64,000 nucleotides of DNA from a virus (Duplodnaviria > Caudoviricetes): positions 96,001 through 160,000 of IMG/VR virus record IMGVR_UViG_3300029288_004137. One strand, written 5' to 3'. Positions 47,450 to 57,349 of the stretch are shown in pieces (the stretch's first letter is position 1; the number at the start of each line of letters is the position of its first letter). The notes under the pieces were generated by a model. It was not told where the DNA came from. It did no database searches and saw nothing but the letters and a program-made list of their open reading frames with translations. Made by a program: the position numbers and the translations under genes.

Positions 47450-47606
47450 AATTAATCTTTCTAAAATTTTCTAACTCACTTTTGTTCTTCATTTTTTTTA
47501 TTTTTTCTTTTGCCTTTTATCATCGTTGCTATTTTAATATTATTACTAATTTCTGCTATAGTAGATCTAACCATTTCTTTCACAATAGACACAAAATCCT
47601 TCTTTT

Positions 47607-48500
47607 TCATTTTTTCTCCTTATTCTTTAATTGACATACATTCTCATCTGTTCCTCCGTGAGGAAATTCACTTTTTTGTTTTTCATTATAAATATATTGT
47701 TGATCAAACAAATTCGCAAGTAAATCTGCAAAATATGATCGTGTATTTATGTCTGGAAATACTTCGTGAAACATTGCTAAAAAATCATCCCCTTCTTTTT
47801 TTGCTTTTTTATAAGGTTCTATATACTCTTTAACATAAAATGCCTTATTTAATAAACCTCCTGCATCTTCATCACTAGGGTATACAACACAATCATCTTT
47901 TTCTGTAGTAGTACATGCATTCTCTTTATTATCAAAACGACCTACAAAAGGTTCTTTTTTAGGGGGTGTCTGTTTTAATCCAAGACTTTTTAAACCCTTT
48001 AAAGCTCGAATTGCAGCGTCACTGACGCTGTATCTATCAGCACAAACAGGAGCACCTCTACTTGCAATCCCACCAGCTGCTAACAAAAATAAAATTTTTC
48101 CTAACCCTTTTCCTCTATATTTGGGCGTTGTTGCTGCATTTTTAATTTCCCAAGCACCCATACATTTACCATCATCTGCTGCTTCAGTCTCCATTGCATA
48201 AACCATCCCAATAATAGCACCACTATCAATCATATCTTTTGTTGGTAAAAAAACTTTTTGTTCCTCTCCTTCTTCATATTTTAAATCATTCTTTTTTTGT
48301 TGCTTTACTTTCCCTTTGTTATTTTGAAATAATAAAATCATAGATTTTAAATCTATCCACAAAAGACCAAAAGCATCCCCATCATCAATTTCAATTAATA
48401 TTCTATCTGCTTCTTTTTTTTTATTCCACCATCTATATAATTTTTCTCTAAAACTTTCGTTTATTACAAACTTATTCCAGGATTCAAGAAGTCTTTTCAT
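47607..48500 (-). CDS. GNAT-like acetyltransferase domain protein
   Basis: TTPKYRGKGLGKILF acetyl-CoA-binding motif; MKRLLESW leader. Confidence 0.6.
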   Translation of the reverse strand: MKRLLESWNKFVINESFREKLYRWWNKKKEADRILIEIDDGDAFGLLWIDLKSMILLFQNNKGKVKQQKKNDLKYEEGEEQKVFLPTKDMIDSGAIIGMVYAMETEAADDGKCMGAWEIKNAATTPKYRGKGLGKILFLLAAGGIASRGAPVCADRYSVSDAAIRALKGLKSLGLKQTPPKKEPFVGRFDNKENACTTTEKDDCVVYPSDEDAGGLLNKAFYVKEYIEPYKKAKKEGDDFLAMFHEVFPDINTRSYFADLLANLFDQQYIYNEKQKSEFPHGGTDENVCQLKNKEKK

Positions 48501-49324
48501 TAATATTTTTTCCCCGTAAATGGATTTGTATCATCTAACATAACATGCTCTTTTGGAAACTTAACTTCTACTGCATTTTCTCTTGTAACAATCCTTGGCT
48601 TATCCTGATTATCCCCATGCCCTATTAAATGACCTAAAACTCTTAAATTAACTGTCTTTTTAAATTTTCTTTCTTCAGTACCCAAATTATTTACTGTATT
48701 TTCAGAAGAATGCTCACCATCAATAAATAATTCATAATGATGTTGATCATAAGAAATAATCAAAGAATCTATACCTTTAGTTCTTGTTATAAACGGTGTT
48801 TGCAACTCATTCATTTGCTGTTGATATTCAGTTGTTATTTTTATTGCATATGATACTTCTACATAAATAGGTAGAGGAATGCTTATTGTTTCATAAACAA
48901 TCTTTTCACTTTTTCTTGGAAAATTTATTTGTCCTCTTTTTCTTAAAGTTTCAGCATTCACAAAATTTGCTGTTTTATCTTGTTTTATTCTTCTTGCAAT
49001 TGTTATTGAACCACCTTTTTCATCATTATATTCTGGCAATGCTGACCATGCTGTTCCTTTTCTTGTTAAATCTTTTTTTTCGCCTGTCCTTTCAACAGTG
49101 ATTAAAGGATAAATTAAAGATCCTTCATCATCTCTTATTTCTTTATTGTTTTTTATTTGAAATGCTCTCTCTGGTGCTACCCAAAGAACAGAAACTTTCT
49201 TCCATCCTTCATTCGTAGTACAAAATAAATTTAAACTTTTATCTACCCAATCATAAACTGCTATATCTATAGTTTCAAATGTAGATGGACTTATCAATGT
49301 TTCCTTAATTATACTATTTGACAT
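48500..49324 (-). CDS. Tail terminator / gp15-like protein
   Basis: ETIDIAV, YPLITVER, P.YVEVSY, QMNEL; synteny. Confidence 0.6.
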   Translation of the reverse strand: MSNSIIKETLISPSTFETIDIAVYDWVDKSLNLFCTTNEGWKKVSVLWVAPERAFQIKNNKEIRDDEGSLIYPLITVERTGEKKDLTRKGTAWSALPEYNDEKGGSITIARRIKQDKTANFVNAETLRKRGQINFPRKSEKIVYETISIPLPIYVEVSYAIKITTEYQQQMNELQTPFITRTKGIDSLIISYDQHHYELFIDGEHSSENTVNNLGTEERKFKKTVNLRVLGHLIGHGDNQDKPRIVTRENAVEVKFPKEHVMLDDTNPFTGKKY

Positions 49325-50078
49325 TCTTTATCCTTCTCCATACTTCATCAAGATCAAGCATCTTAAAACGATCTGATTCGTCTTGATCTGATACTTTTTC
49401 TGATCGTTGAATATCTTTTAAATCAAGATTACTTGCCCTTTCTGCTTCTCCTTGATCTGATTTTGCTGATACTGGAATATCTTCCAAATCCACTTGATTC
49501 CAATTTGCTTCTGCATCCTTCCTTTTTTTCCACTGTTTATATACTTCACTGTCTTTAATTTTTGTTCCATCAGCACCATTATCAAGCAAATATATAACAA
49601 TATCAAAATGACCATTTCGTACTGCTATTTGTAAAGACCAATCTTGTTGAGCATGAATATCAGCACCATGTTCAACAAGACATTTAACTATATCAAAATA
49701 ACCAAATTGTGCTGCCCATCTTAAAGGTTCATCATTAAGAGCATGAATATCAGCACCAAGTTCAACAAGATATACAACAATATCAAAATAACCACTGTAT
49801 ACTGCCCATCTTAAAGGATAATCATCCCAAGCATGAATGTTAGCACCATGCTCAATACAATATTTAACTTTATCTAAATCACCAATTTCTAGCGCACCAA
49901 CTAATTTACGATCTAATTCCGTTTCTTCTTTTAATAAAATTATTCTTTTTCGTATTTCATTTAATTCTATTTTTTTTCTTTCACTTTCATTTTCATTATA
50001 TGATTCCAAAGAATTTTCTAATTTTTTTATCATTGTCTGAACTTCATCATTTTCTTTTTCTAATGAATTTGTACTCAT
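49314..50078 (-). CDS. Ankyrin-repeat protein with C-terminal DLDE cassette
   Basis: Four ankyrin repeats; ends SDRFKMLDLDEVWRRIKNVK. Confidence 0.85.
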   Translation of the reverse strand: MSTNSLEKENDEVQTMIKKLENSLESYNENESERKKIELNEIRKRIILLKEETELDRKLVGALEIGDLDKVKYCIEHGANIHAWDDYPLRWAVYSGYFDIVVYLVELGADIHALNDEPLRWAAQFGYFDIVKCLVEHGADIHAQQDWSLQIAVRNGHFDIVIYLLDNGADGTKIKDSEVYKQWKKRKDAEANWNQVDLEDIPVSAKSDQGEAERASNLDLKDIQRSEKVSDQDESDRFKMLDLDEVWRRIKNVK

Positions 50079-50092
50079 TCTTTCTCACAAAA

Positions 50093-50578
50093 TTAAGTTA
50101 TATTAAAACCACCTTTTCTAATTCTAATACATGTCGCTTCAATAGAAATTTTATATTGAACCTGACCAAAAAACAATCTTGGTTCATTGAGTTCTACTAT
50201 TTCATAATAATTTTTACCATAAACTACTACATCACCAACTCTAACATATAAATCTTGATCCTCTGTTATTCTTCTTTCATGAAAATGTATTTTTATTGAA
50301 GATCTACGATCTACTCCTAAATCCGTTGTTTCTGTCTTATGACCTTCCCATTCAACCATAGCATATACATGCACAGGTGGTAAATATGTTTTATATATTG
50401 CTTCTCCATATAAAGAATGAAAATTTGTATGCTCAACACTTATCGGATAATAAAGAACATTTTGTCCAACAACTCTTTCAACAACTTCATCAGAAATCTG
50501 TTTTGAAAAATCTCTCTCTTTCTCATTCGTAAATAAAGGAGGCGGAGGAGCTTCTGCCCTTTCCCATTCATTTGACAT
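50093..50578 (-). CDS. Head closure / gp14-like neck protein
   Basis: GQNVLYY, LYGEA..K, VGDVV, YYEI. Confidence 0.65.
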   Translation of the reverse strand: MSNEWERAEAPPPPLFTNEKERDFSKQISDEVVERVVGQNVLYYPISVEHTNFHSLYGEAIYKTYLPPVHVYAMVEWEGHKTETTDLGVDRRSSIKIHFHERRITEDQDLYVRVGDVVVYGKNYYEIVELNEPRLFFGQVQYKISIEATCIRIRKGGFNIT

Positions 50579-52556
50579 TCTTTATCCTTCTCCATATTTC
50601 ATCAAGATCAAGCATCTTAAAACGATCTGATTCACTTTGATCTGTTGATGTTTTTGTTCTTGGAATATCATTAAGATCAAGTGTTTGTGCCCTTTCTGAT
50701 TCAGATTGATCGCTTACTGATTTTATTGGAATTTCTGTTAAATCTGCTTGAGTCCACCTGCCTTCTGCTTCTTTTCTTTTATTTTCTGCATCCTTCTTTT
50801 TTTCCCACTGTTTATATACTTCATCATCTTCAATAAATGTTCCATCTACACCATTATCAAGCAAATATTCAATAATATCAAAATGACCATTTTCTAACGC
50901 TTCCCTTAAAGCATAAGGTTCAACAGTATGAATATCAGCTTTATCCTCTCTTTTATCAGAAAGCAGATATTTAACAATATCAAAATGGCCCTCTGCTACC
51001 GCAAACCTTAAAGGATAATCATTCCAAACATGAATATCAGCACCATACTTAATGCATTCTTTAACTTTATTTAAAGAACCACTTTCTACAGCGTCTACCA
51101 ATTCACGATCTAAATAGAAATCTTCTTTTAATAACTTTATTCTCTTCATAACCTCATTAAGATTAAATTTATTTACTTCATCATCTGATATGTTTTTAAA
51201 CTTTCCTTTTATTGCTTTAATTTTTACATCTTTTGATATATTTTTTTTATTTAAATTTTTAATAAAATCTTCCAAAGAAATTTCTTTATCTAATTTTCTT
51301 TTATTTTCTTGTTCCTCTTTCTTTTTTTCTATTTCTTTCCTTTTTTCTTCAACCTTTTTAAACAATTGAGAAATTTCTTCTATTTGTTCTGGATTATTCT
51401 TCTCTATGTCTGCCTTTGCCATATTTATTAAATACTTTATATTCTTATATAATTTATCATTTTTTGCAAGAAATTCATAATTTCCAGTATCAATCGCATT
51501 AAAAACATCCATATGATGCTCAATTAAAAACAATAATAATTCCTTATCTTTATAAACAATCTCATCAAGAATTTTATTGGCAATTTCTATTCCAGACTTC
51601 GCATGTCCATGAAAAGAAATTTTTCCATCTTTTTCTTCTCTTGTCGATAACTTACCCACATCATGCAAAATTGCTAATAATTTATATAACTCTTTTTCTT
51701 CTACTGATGTGAATTCAATTAATTTATTCATAGAATTTAACACATTTTCTGTATGCTGTGCTGTAGTTTCTCCTTTATGAAATTTTGTGTCTTCTATTGA
51801 AGATTCCATCCCTTTCCAAATATTTCCAAATATTTTTGATTTTTTTATAATTTCTTTTATCTCTTGATTTAAATCTTTATCTTCTTTTAATAGCTTTATT
51901 CTCTTCATAACTTCATCAAGATCAAGCATCTTAAAACGATCTGATTCACCTTGATCTGATACTTTTTCTGATCTTGGAATATCATTAAGTTCAAGTGTTT
52001 TCGCTCTCTCTATTTCAGATTGATCATCGATTACTGGATCTACTGGTTTGTCCTCTAAATCCACTCTTTTCCAGTCTTTTTCTAATATTTCTTGTCTATC
52101 AGACCTTAATTGCTTTATCATCACATCAAGTCTTTCATCATGATACGATGGATTTTCTTCTTTAATATCTTCAAGTCGTTTGATAAATATTGAATAATCT
52201 TGTGATGTTATATTATCAGTTTTTTTCAAAAATTTTATAATAAATGTTAAATTGTTAAGACCATAATTTCCATTATCAAATCCTTGTATTGCCATTGCAA
52301 TCATCGTTGAAGCATCATACTTACTCTTAAAAAGTTTATGAATAAATTCCAAATTTCCTTTAAAAATAGCAATATAAAAAGAATACTCTTTAAATTTTTC
52401 TATTTCTTTTTCTGTTATGACCCCAGTTTCTAATGAATATTTTAAAAAATGATAAAAATGAGACATGTTTACATTTATTCTTACATAATATCTAATGTCA
52501 TCTTTTGCCTTTTTATTCAAATCTACATTCATTAATTTTTCTATATAATTATTCAT
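50568..52556 (-). CDS. Multidomain protein: unknown domain - cassette - HD domain - ankyrin repeats - cassette
   Basis: HT...LHDVGK...GH...HHM...AD HD motif; ankyrin repeats; DEVMKRIKLLKE linkers. Confidence 0.8.
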   Translation of the reverse strand: MNNYIEKLMNVDLNKKAKDDIRYYVRINVNMSHFYHFLKYSLETGVITEKEIEKFKEYSFYIAIFKGNLEFIHKLFKSKYDASTMIAMAIQGFDNGNYGLNNLTFIIKFLKKTDNITSQDYSIFIKRLEDIKEENPSYHDERLDVMIKQLRSDRQEILEKDWKRVDLEDKPVDPVIDDQSEIERAKTLELNDIPRSEKVSDQGESDRFKMLDLDEVMKRIKLLKEDKDLNQEIKEIIKKSKIFGNIWKGMESSIEDTKFHKGETTAQHTENVLNSMNKLIEFTSVEEKELYKLLAILHDVGKLSTREEKDGKISFHGHAKSGIEIANKILDEIVYKDKELLLFLIEHHMDVFNAIDTGNYEFLAKNDKLYKNIKYLINMAKADIEKNNPEQIEEISQLFKKVEEKRKEIEKKKEEQENKRKLDKEISLEDFIKNLNKKNISKDVKIKAIKGKFKNISDDEVNKFNLNEVMKRIKLLKEDFYLDRELVDAVESGSLNKVKECIKYGADIHVWNDYPLRFAVAEGHFDIVKYLLSDKREDKADIHTVEPYALREALENGHFDIIEYLLDNGVDGTFIEDDEVYKQWEKKKDAENKRKEAEGRWTQADLTEIPIKSVSDQSESERAQTLDLNDIPRTKTSTDQSESDRFKMLDLDEIWRRIKNVK

Positions 52557-52560
52557 ACAA

Positions 52561-53853
52561 TTATCCTATATAAATTTTTCTTGGAACACCAGATTTTATC
52601 TTTTGAACATTCTCGATCATTCCTGCTTCTCTTTCAAGAAGTTTATCGTATGTCATTTCTTTTAAATCTTCTTTAAAATTATCTTTTAATTCTTTCATCT
52701 CTGCTTGTGCTTCAGTTATTAAAGCAGCACCATCAAGAGTAGCATTATCCCCTGGAATTGGAATTGGAGAATATTTCCTTCTTATATACCCTAGCATTTC
52801 TTTACATATTGCTAATGCATACTTTCTTATCCATCTTTTACCTATTGAATTTATCGCACTATAAGGTATATTTGTAAAAGGTAAAGTACCAAGATTATTT
52901 GCTCCACTTAATCCAGTATCATTATCTGAATCTTCTTCTGTCCAAGGATTTTTTAATATTTTAAATTCAAACCACATCTTTTGAACATAAGAATCTCTTG
53001 GAGGTGGAAATATTCTTAATTTATTATTTCTTATCGTATATGAAAAATTAGATAATCTTGTGCTTATCGCATCTTTATACATAATTGATTGTAATTTATT
53101 CTGCCAAACAGGTACTACCTCATAAACTGTAGAATCTGCATATTGACCATAATTTGATAGATTACCTACAACATTAACTCCACCATGATATCCATAAAAA
53201 TTCCAAAAAGCAGCTTTCGTTTTATAATAAACTTTCGTAATAACAATTTTCTTTATTGATCCACTAGCACCTACTAAACCAGCATAATCTACTCCACCTT
53301 CAGCAGAAGATTCTTCAACTATTGATTGAAGATCATAATCTTGTTTTTCATCTTCTATATTAAAAGAAGCAGAATAAAAAGTTACATCTCCACCTATTCT
53401 TGCTTCTGACGCAAGAGTATTTCCTATCTTTCTAGCTGCCATAAATTGAATCTTAGGATACTTTAATTCAATGTTTGATCCAGATAAAGCATCCCCAACA
53501 AGCACTTGTCCATTGCCATCAAAAGATGCAGTTTGAAATCCTAATAAACTTCCAATTGTATTATATCCTTGATGAATATTCATTAAATATGAATATTCTA
53601 AACATGCTTCCTCATATGATGCATATACTTGATATTCTGTTATTTCAACATTTAATACATCACCCCCAAGTCTATGATATACATAATTGACTTGTTCTAC
53701 AGCAGCATTTTTAAAATCTGAAGAATCATACACACCAAATGGTAATGGATTTGTTGTTATATCTACATTTGAAACTGTTCCTGTTATTGGAAGTGCTATT
53801 GCAACTGTTGTACTGACTGGACTTAACACAGGATAAGCCATTATTTTCTCCAA
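52561..53853 (-). CDS. Neck protein (gp13-like head-tail adaptor)
   Basis: RLGG...VEI, WIRKYALAICKEMLGYIRRKY, LDG..L. Confidence 0.75.
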   Translation of the reverse strand: MEKIMAYPVLSPVSTTVAIALPITGTVSNVDITTNPLPFGVYDSSDFKNAAVEQVNYVYHRLGGDVLNVEITEYQVYASYEEACLEYSYLMNIHQGYNTIGSLLGFQTASFDGNGQVLVGDALSGSNIELKYPKIQFMAARKIGNTLASEARIGGDVTFYSASFNIEDEKQDYDLQSIVEESSAEGGVDYAGLVGASGSIKKIVITKVYYKTKAAFWNFYGYHGGVNVVGNLSNYGQYADSTVYEVVPVWQNKLQSIMYKDAISTRLSNFSYTIRNNKLRIFPPPRDSYVQKMWFEFKILKNPWTEEDSDNDTGLSGANNLGTLPFTNIPYSAINSIGKRWIRKYALAICKEMLGYIRRKYSPIPIPGDNATLDGAALITEAQAEMKELKDNFKEDLKEMTYDKLLEREAGMIENVQKIKSGVPRKIYIG

Positions 53854-53871
53854 CGATAGACTAACCTGTAA

Positions 53872-53879
53872 TAAGTAGT
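53872..53879 (-). promoter_or_regulatory. Putative late-promoter motif ACTACTTA
   Basis: Intergenic, upstream of the neck gene. Confidence 0.5.
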
Positions 53880-53899
53880 TTGTTTAAATTATAAACTTA

Positions 53900-55393
53900 T
53901 TAATGAAGAAAATCCATTATATATATATTTGATCCACATCCATATATTTTTTGAACATTTGCTTCTTCTGCTATTTGTTTTTCAGTTTTTCCTAAAATTG
54001 ACCTAAAAATAAATCGATTAAAACGATCCTTTCCATCTGTATAACCATATGATGGATTCGTATATCCAAACAATGTAAATCCACTTTTTAAATAAACCTT
54101 TCCATCTCCATAATTCAAATCTGCATAACTTAAAATTCCACTATACCCATTGTTCTTAGACCACAAAATTACTGCTTTTAAAAGTCTAGAAAAACCTCCT
54201 CTCACAACTACATTTAATTTATTAGCAAAACGACATATCTCTATCTTCCCTTTATATTTTGTATGAAAAGGTCCCCTCAATGATAAACAAGAAACTAGTT
54301 CGTCTTTATATACCAAACCAAATGCCATTTTAGAAACAGAATAACCAGAAATATGATTATTTTCAAAAAAGTTTTTATATTGATTATTTCTAAATAATTC
54401 AACAACTTTACATTTTCTTGCATCAATCTTTGTTTCTACTTTTCCAAGTTTATATTTAATCATTGATTTAATAATTTTTTGCTTATTTCTCCATTCATCT
54501 GAATAAATTTGGAATAAAGATATACCTTTTTCCAAACATCCTAAATATTTATCTTGATGATATCTTTTAGATTTAGTTACTTCGTTATGCCAAAATAAAC
54601 CATTATATTCTATAGCAATCTTTTTTTCTGGAATGTATATGTCTAATTCTTTTGGTCTTAAAATAGTTCTGTCTCCTCTTATTATATTATATTCTTCTGC
54701 TACTGAAGAAATAAATTCATATAATTCATATTCTTCTTTTGATTTCCCAGAAAAACAATATTTGCATGAAGAACCTTTATGTAAAGTCATTAAATTATTT
54801 TCTTGTTCTTTTCCACATAACAAACATTTAACTTTAACTGTTTGAAGTCTTGAAAAATATTCATCAAATGGAGTTAAAAGTTCTAGTTTGTTTTCTTCAA
54901 TAAATTTTTGTTTATATTCATTGAATTTTTCTTCAGTTAAAGCACTTGCATTTTTTTTGCCAGATATTGATATTGAATATTTTAAAATTGATTCATTCGT
55001 TTCTTTCGTTAATCCCTTTTTCCATCCTGCATCAATTGTTTTACTTTCTATACCATCAAAACCATATTGTTTTGACCAACTTTTTCTTCCTTCTCCAGCA
55101 TGATCAAAACAAAACCTTTTAAATCCATATTTTCCTTTCACATAACTTGTCTTCTGTCCACAAATAGGACAAACAGGACGATTTGCTTTAAAAAAATACA
55201 TTTCTACATATTTTTCCATTGAAAAATTATGAAACGCTCCAACATGTCCTGCTAATCCTGCTTTACTTTTAAATAATTTTTTGCAAATTTGACATTCAAC
55301 TTTTTCTTTTTCTGTAACTTCTGCACATATATCAAAATGACCTTTGTTCCTATCCCCACTCATATCTTTTCTCCTTCTTCTATTTAAATCCAT
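53900..55393 (-). CDS. Free-standing homing endonuclease (zinc fingers + PD-(D/E)xK, Hef-like)
   Basis: CQIC..H..H, CPIC, GWKKGLTK, ELDIYIPEKKIAIEYNGLFWH, SYADL. Confidence 0.8.
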   Translation of the reverse strand: MDLNRRRRKDMSGDRNKGHFDICAEVTEKEKVECQICKKLFKSKAGLAGHVGAFHNFSMEKYVEMYFFKANRPVCPICGQKTSYVKGKYGFKRFCFDHAGEGRKSWSKQYGFDGIESKTIDAGWKKGLTKETNESILKYSISISGKKNASALTEEKFNEYKQKFIEENKLELLTPFDEYFSRLQTVKVKCLLCGKEQENNLMTLHKGSSCKYCFSGKSKEEYELYEFISSVAEEYNIIRGDRTILRPKELDIYIPEKKIAIEYNGLFWHNEVTKSKRYHQDKYLGCLEKGISLFQIYSDEWRNKQKIIKSMIKYKLGKVETKIDARKCKVVELFRNNQYKNFFENNHISGYSVSKMAFGLVYKDELVSCLSLRGPFHTKYKGKIEICRFANKLNVVVRGGFSRLLKAVILWSKNNGYSGILSYADLNYGDGKVYLKSGFTLFGYTNPSYGYTDGKDRFNRFIFRSILGKTEKQIAEEANVQKIYGCGSNIYIMDFLH

Positions 55394-55488
55394 AATATCA
55401 TATTTAAATAGTTTTGTTAAGGGGATTATGACTTGCTATTTATTTTTGAAAAACAACAAAGGGGTAATGACTATATTTTATTGAAATT

Positions 55489-55524
55489 AAAAAAATGCCC
55501 TTCAAAAGATATTGAAGGGCATTT
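55489..55524 (-). terminator. Rho-independent terminator after the major capsid gene
   Basis: AAATGCCCTTCAA/TTGAAGGGCATTT stem followed by a T run on the minus strand. Confidence 0.85.
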
Positions 55525-55549
55525 GTGTTAGAAATTACTTAATGATTAC

Positions 55550-57334
55550 TTAACCTTGGAGATCTCTGATAATGACAAGACCATACATATCAGGACGTAC
55601 CATCTTTTTCCCGTATCTCGTCATGACTCCTTTTCTTGGTGTGAAATTCTCAGGATCGAAGATCACAGGAGTTGTTTGGAGAGGCACGTATGGTGAATAA
55701 ACGTATCCACTTTCAAGGAACGAAGATCCTTTTCTACCAACAAGGATTACGTTTCTATAGAAATATGGTGATACATAAATATCCCATTTATTGCTAATAC
55801 TACCCACCTTGATGCTTCCTGCTGATCCTTTCTCATCATCAGGTGCCGTAACGTTTGTAGAGAATCCACGAACCATCTCAAGAATTGCAGATGTTTCAGG
55901 ACCACAGACGAGGAAGTTTGCACCACCCCGAAGTGTCTTTCTATGAATTTCTGCCGATACGTCATTGATAGTTTCAAGCAATGTTTGATACCATTCAGAC
56001 ACGTTACCAGTGAAATCAGGAGGAGCTGTAGCACTTGTGATATCTGCACCAGTCTCTCTATTAACAAAGAGTCCAGGGCGTCTTGACCAATAATATGTCC
56101 GTGCTGTAGCACCCTTTACTAAGTCTTGAAGAATTTCACCATCGATTTCCATACCAATGTGCTCAGAAAGAACCGAAGTTAATTCTGTTTCAGCATCAGT
56201 TGAGTGATATGCTTGAAGATCTTGACCTGCTTCAGGTGTCCATACCGCCTTAAGTTTTCTTGTTTGTGCGACAATAGGAATACTATCAACCTTAATGTTG
56301 ATTTCAGGAATTGAATCCTCGTTTTCTAATTGCCAAACAGAACCTCCCACAACTGCTCCAATACCACTGCTTACTTCAGAAATATTATCATTGATAGAGA
56401 ATGACATTTCCATATCAGATGTAGCAGAAGCAGAAGACCACTTGTTTGTATCTGCATCAAAACTTGCATCCACATTTGCAGTAGCAACTAAAAATACAAA
56501 TCTAACATAAAGAGGATATGCTGAATAATCAGGTGCTCCTGCTGAGTCACAAAGACATGTTAATCTTCGTACAAGTTGTCCCATTGAAGAACTTAATGCT
56601 GTTCCACCCGTAGGAAGCAAGTTAATAGAAGAATAATCCTTTACATTGAATTGATCCCAATCTGCTGTTCCATCTGTATGAGTTTCAAATGTAGAGGTTA
56701 ATGCTACAGCAACAAGAGCAGAATAACTTGCTTTTCCAATAAGATCTTCATCCCATTGAATCAACTTTCCCTGAGCGTCTGTGACTGTTCCATCAAGATC
56801 AATCGCATCAGCAACAAGAACAATAGACTCAGAAGGAACATTATTATAACCGATTGCATGAGAATAACTGTTATTAAGATTATAGAGCCCTTTTTCTGCA
56901 TAAGGATCTGTAATCGAAACACCATTGGCAATTTCAGAAGCAACTGAATCAGTACCATAAATTGAACCACCAGTGCTAAGCGGTCCTCTTGTTGAATTAT
57001 ATCTGAAATCCAAGAAGAATATCAGTCCTGATGGTAAACTCATTGGTTGAACAGAAACTACATCATTTGCTAAAAGTCCAGCAAATACTCTTCGAACAAG
57101 AGGAAATGCAACAGACGCAAATCCTTGAACATCCCCACCTTCCATTGTTGTTGCTTCTCTAAGTAAAGAAGCTGCTTGATTCTCTAAAAGTCTAACCACT
57201 GTATGCTTTCTATACTCATCATGATCAAGACCTTCAAGAAGTCCTGTTTTTGACCACTTTTTAACCAAACGATTCGTTTCAAGAATCATGTCCGGTCTAA
57301 CGATGTCTTCCGTTAATTTCTTTAAGATACCCAT
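55550..57334 (-). CDS. Major capsid protein (T4 gp23-like)
   Basis: LLENQ, PLVRR, VSVQPM..PSGLIFF, RKLKAVWTPE..QDL, YSPYVPL, GVMTRYG. Confidence 0.95.
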   Translation of the reverse strand: MGILKKLTEDIVRPDMILETNRLVKKWSKTGLLEGLDHDEYRKHTVVRLLENQAASLLREATTMEGGDVQGFASVAFPLVRRVFAGLLANDVVSVQPMSLPSGLIFFLDFRYNSTRGPLSTGGSIYGTDSVASEIANGVSITDPYAEKGLYNLNNSYSHAIGYNNVPSESIVLVADAIDLDGTVTDAQGKLIQWDEDLIGKASYSALVAVALTSTFETHTDGTADWDQFNVKDYSSINLLPTGGTALSSSMGQLVRRLTCLCDSAGAPDYSAYPLYVRFVFLVATANVDASFDADTNKWSSASATSDMEMSFSINDNISEVSSGIGAVVGGSVWQLENEDSIPEINIKVDSIPIVAQTRKLKAVWTPEAGQDLQAYHSTDAETELTSVLSEHIGMEIDGEILQDLVKGATARTYYWSRRPGLFVNRETGADITSATAPPDFTGNVSEWYQTLLETINDVSAEIHRKTLRGGANFLVCGPETSAILEMVRGFSTNVTAPDDEKGSAGSIKVGSISNKWDIYVSPYFYRNVILVGRKGSSFLESGYVYSPYVPLQTTPVIFDPENFTPRKGVMTRYGKKMVRPDMYGLVIIRDLQG

Positions 57335-57349
57335 TTAAAAAATCCTCCA

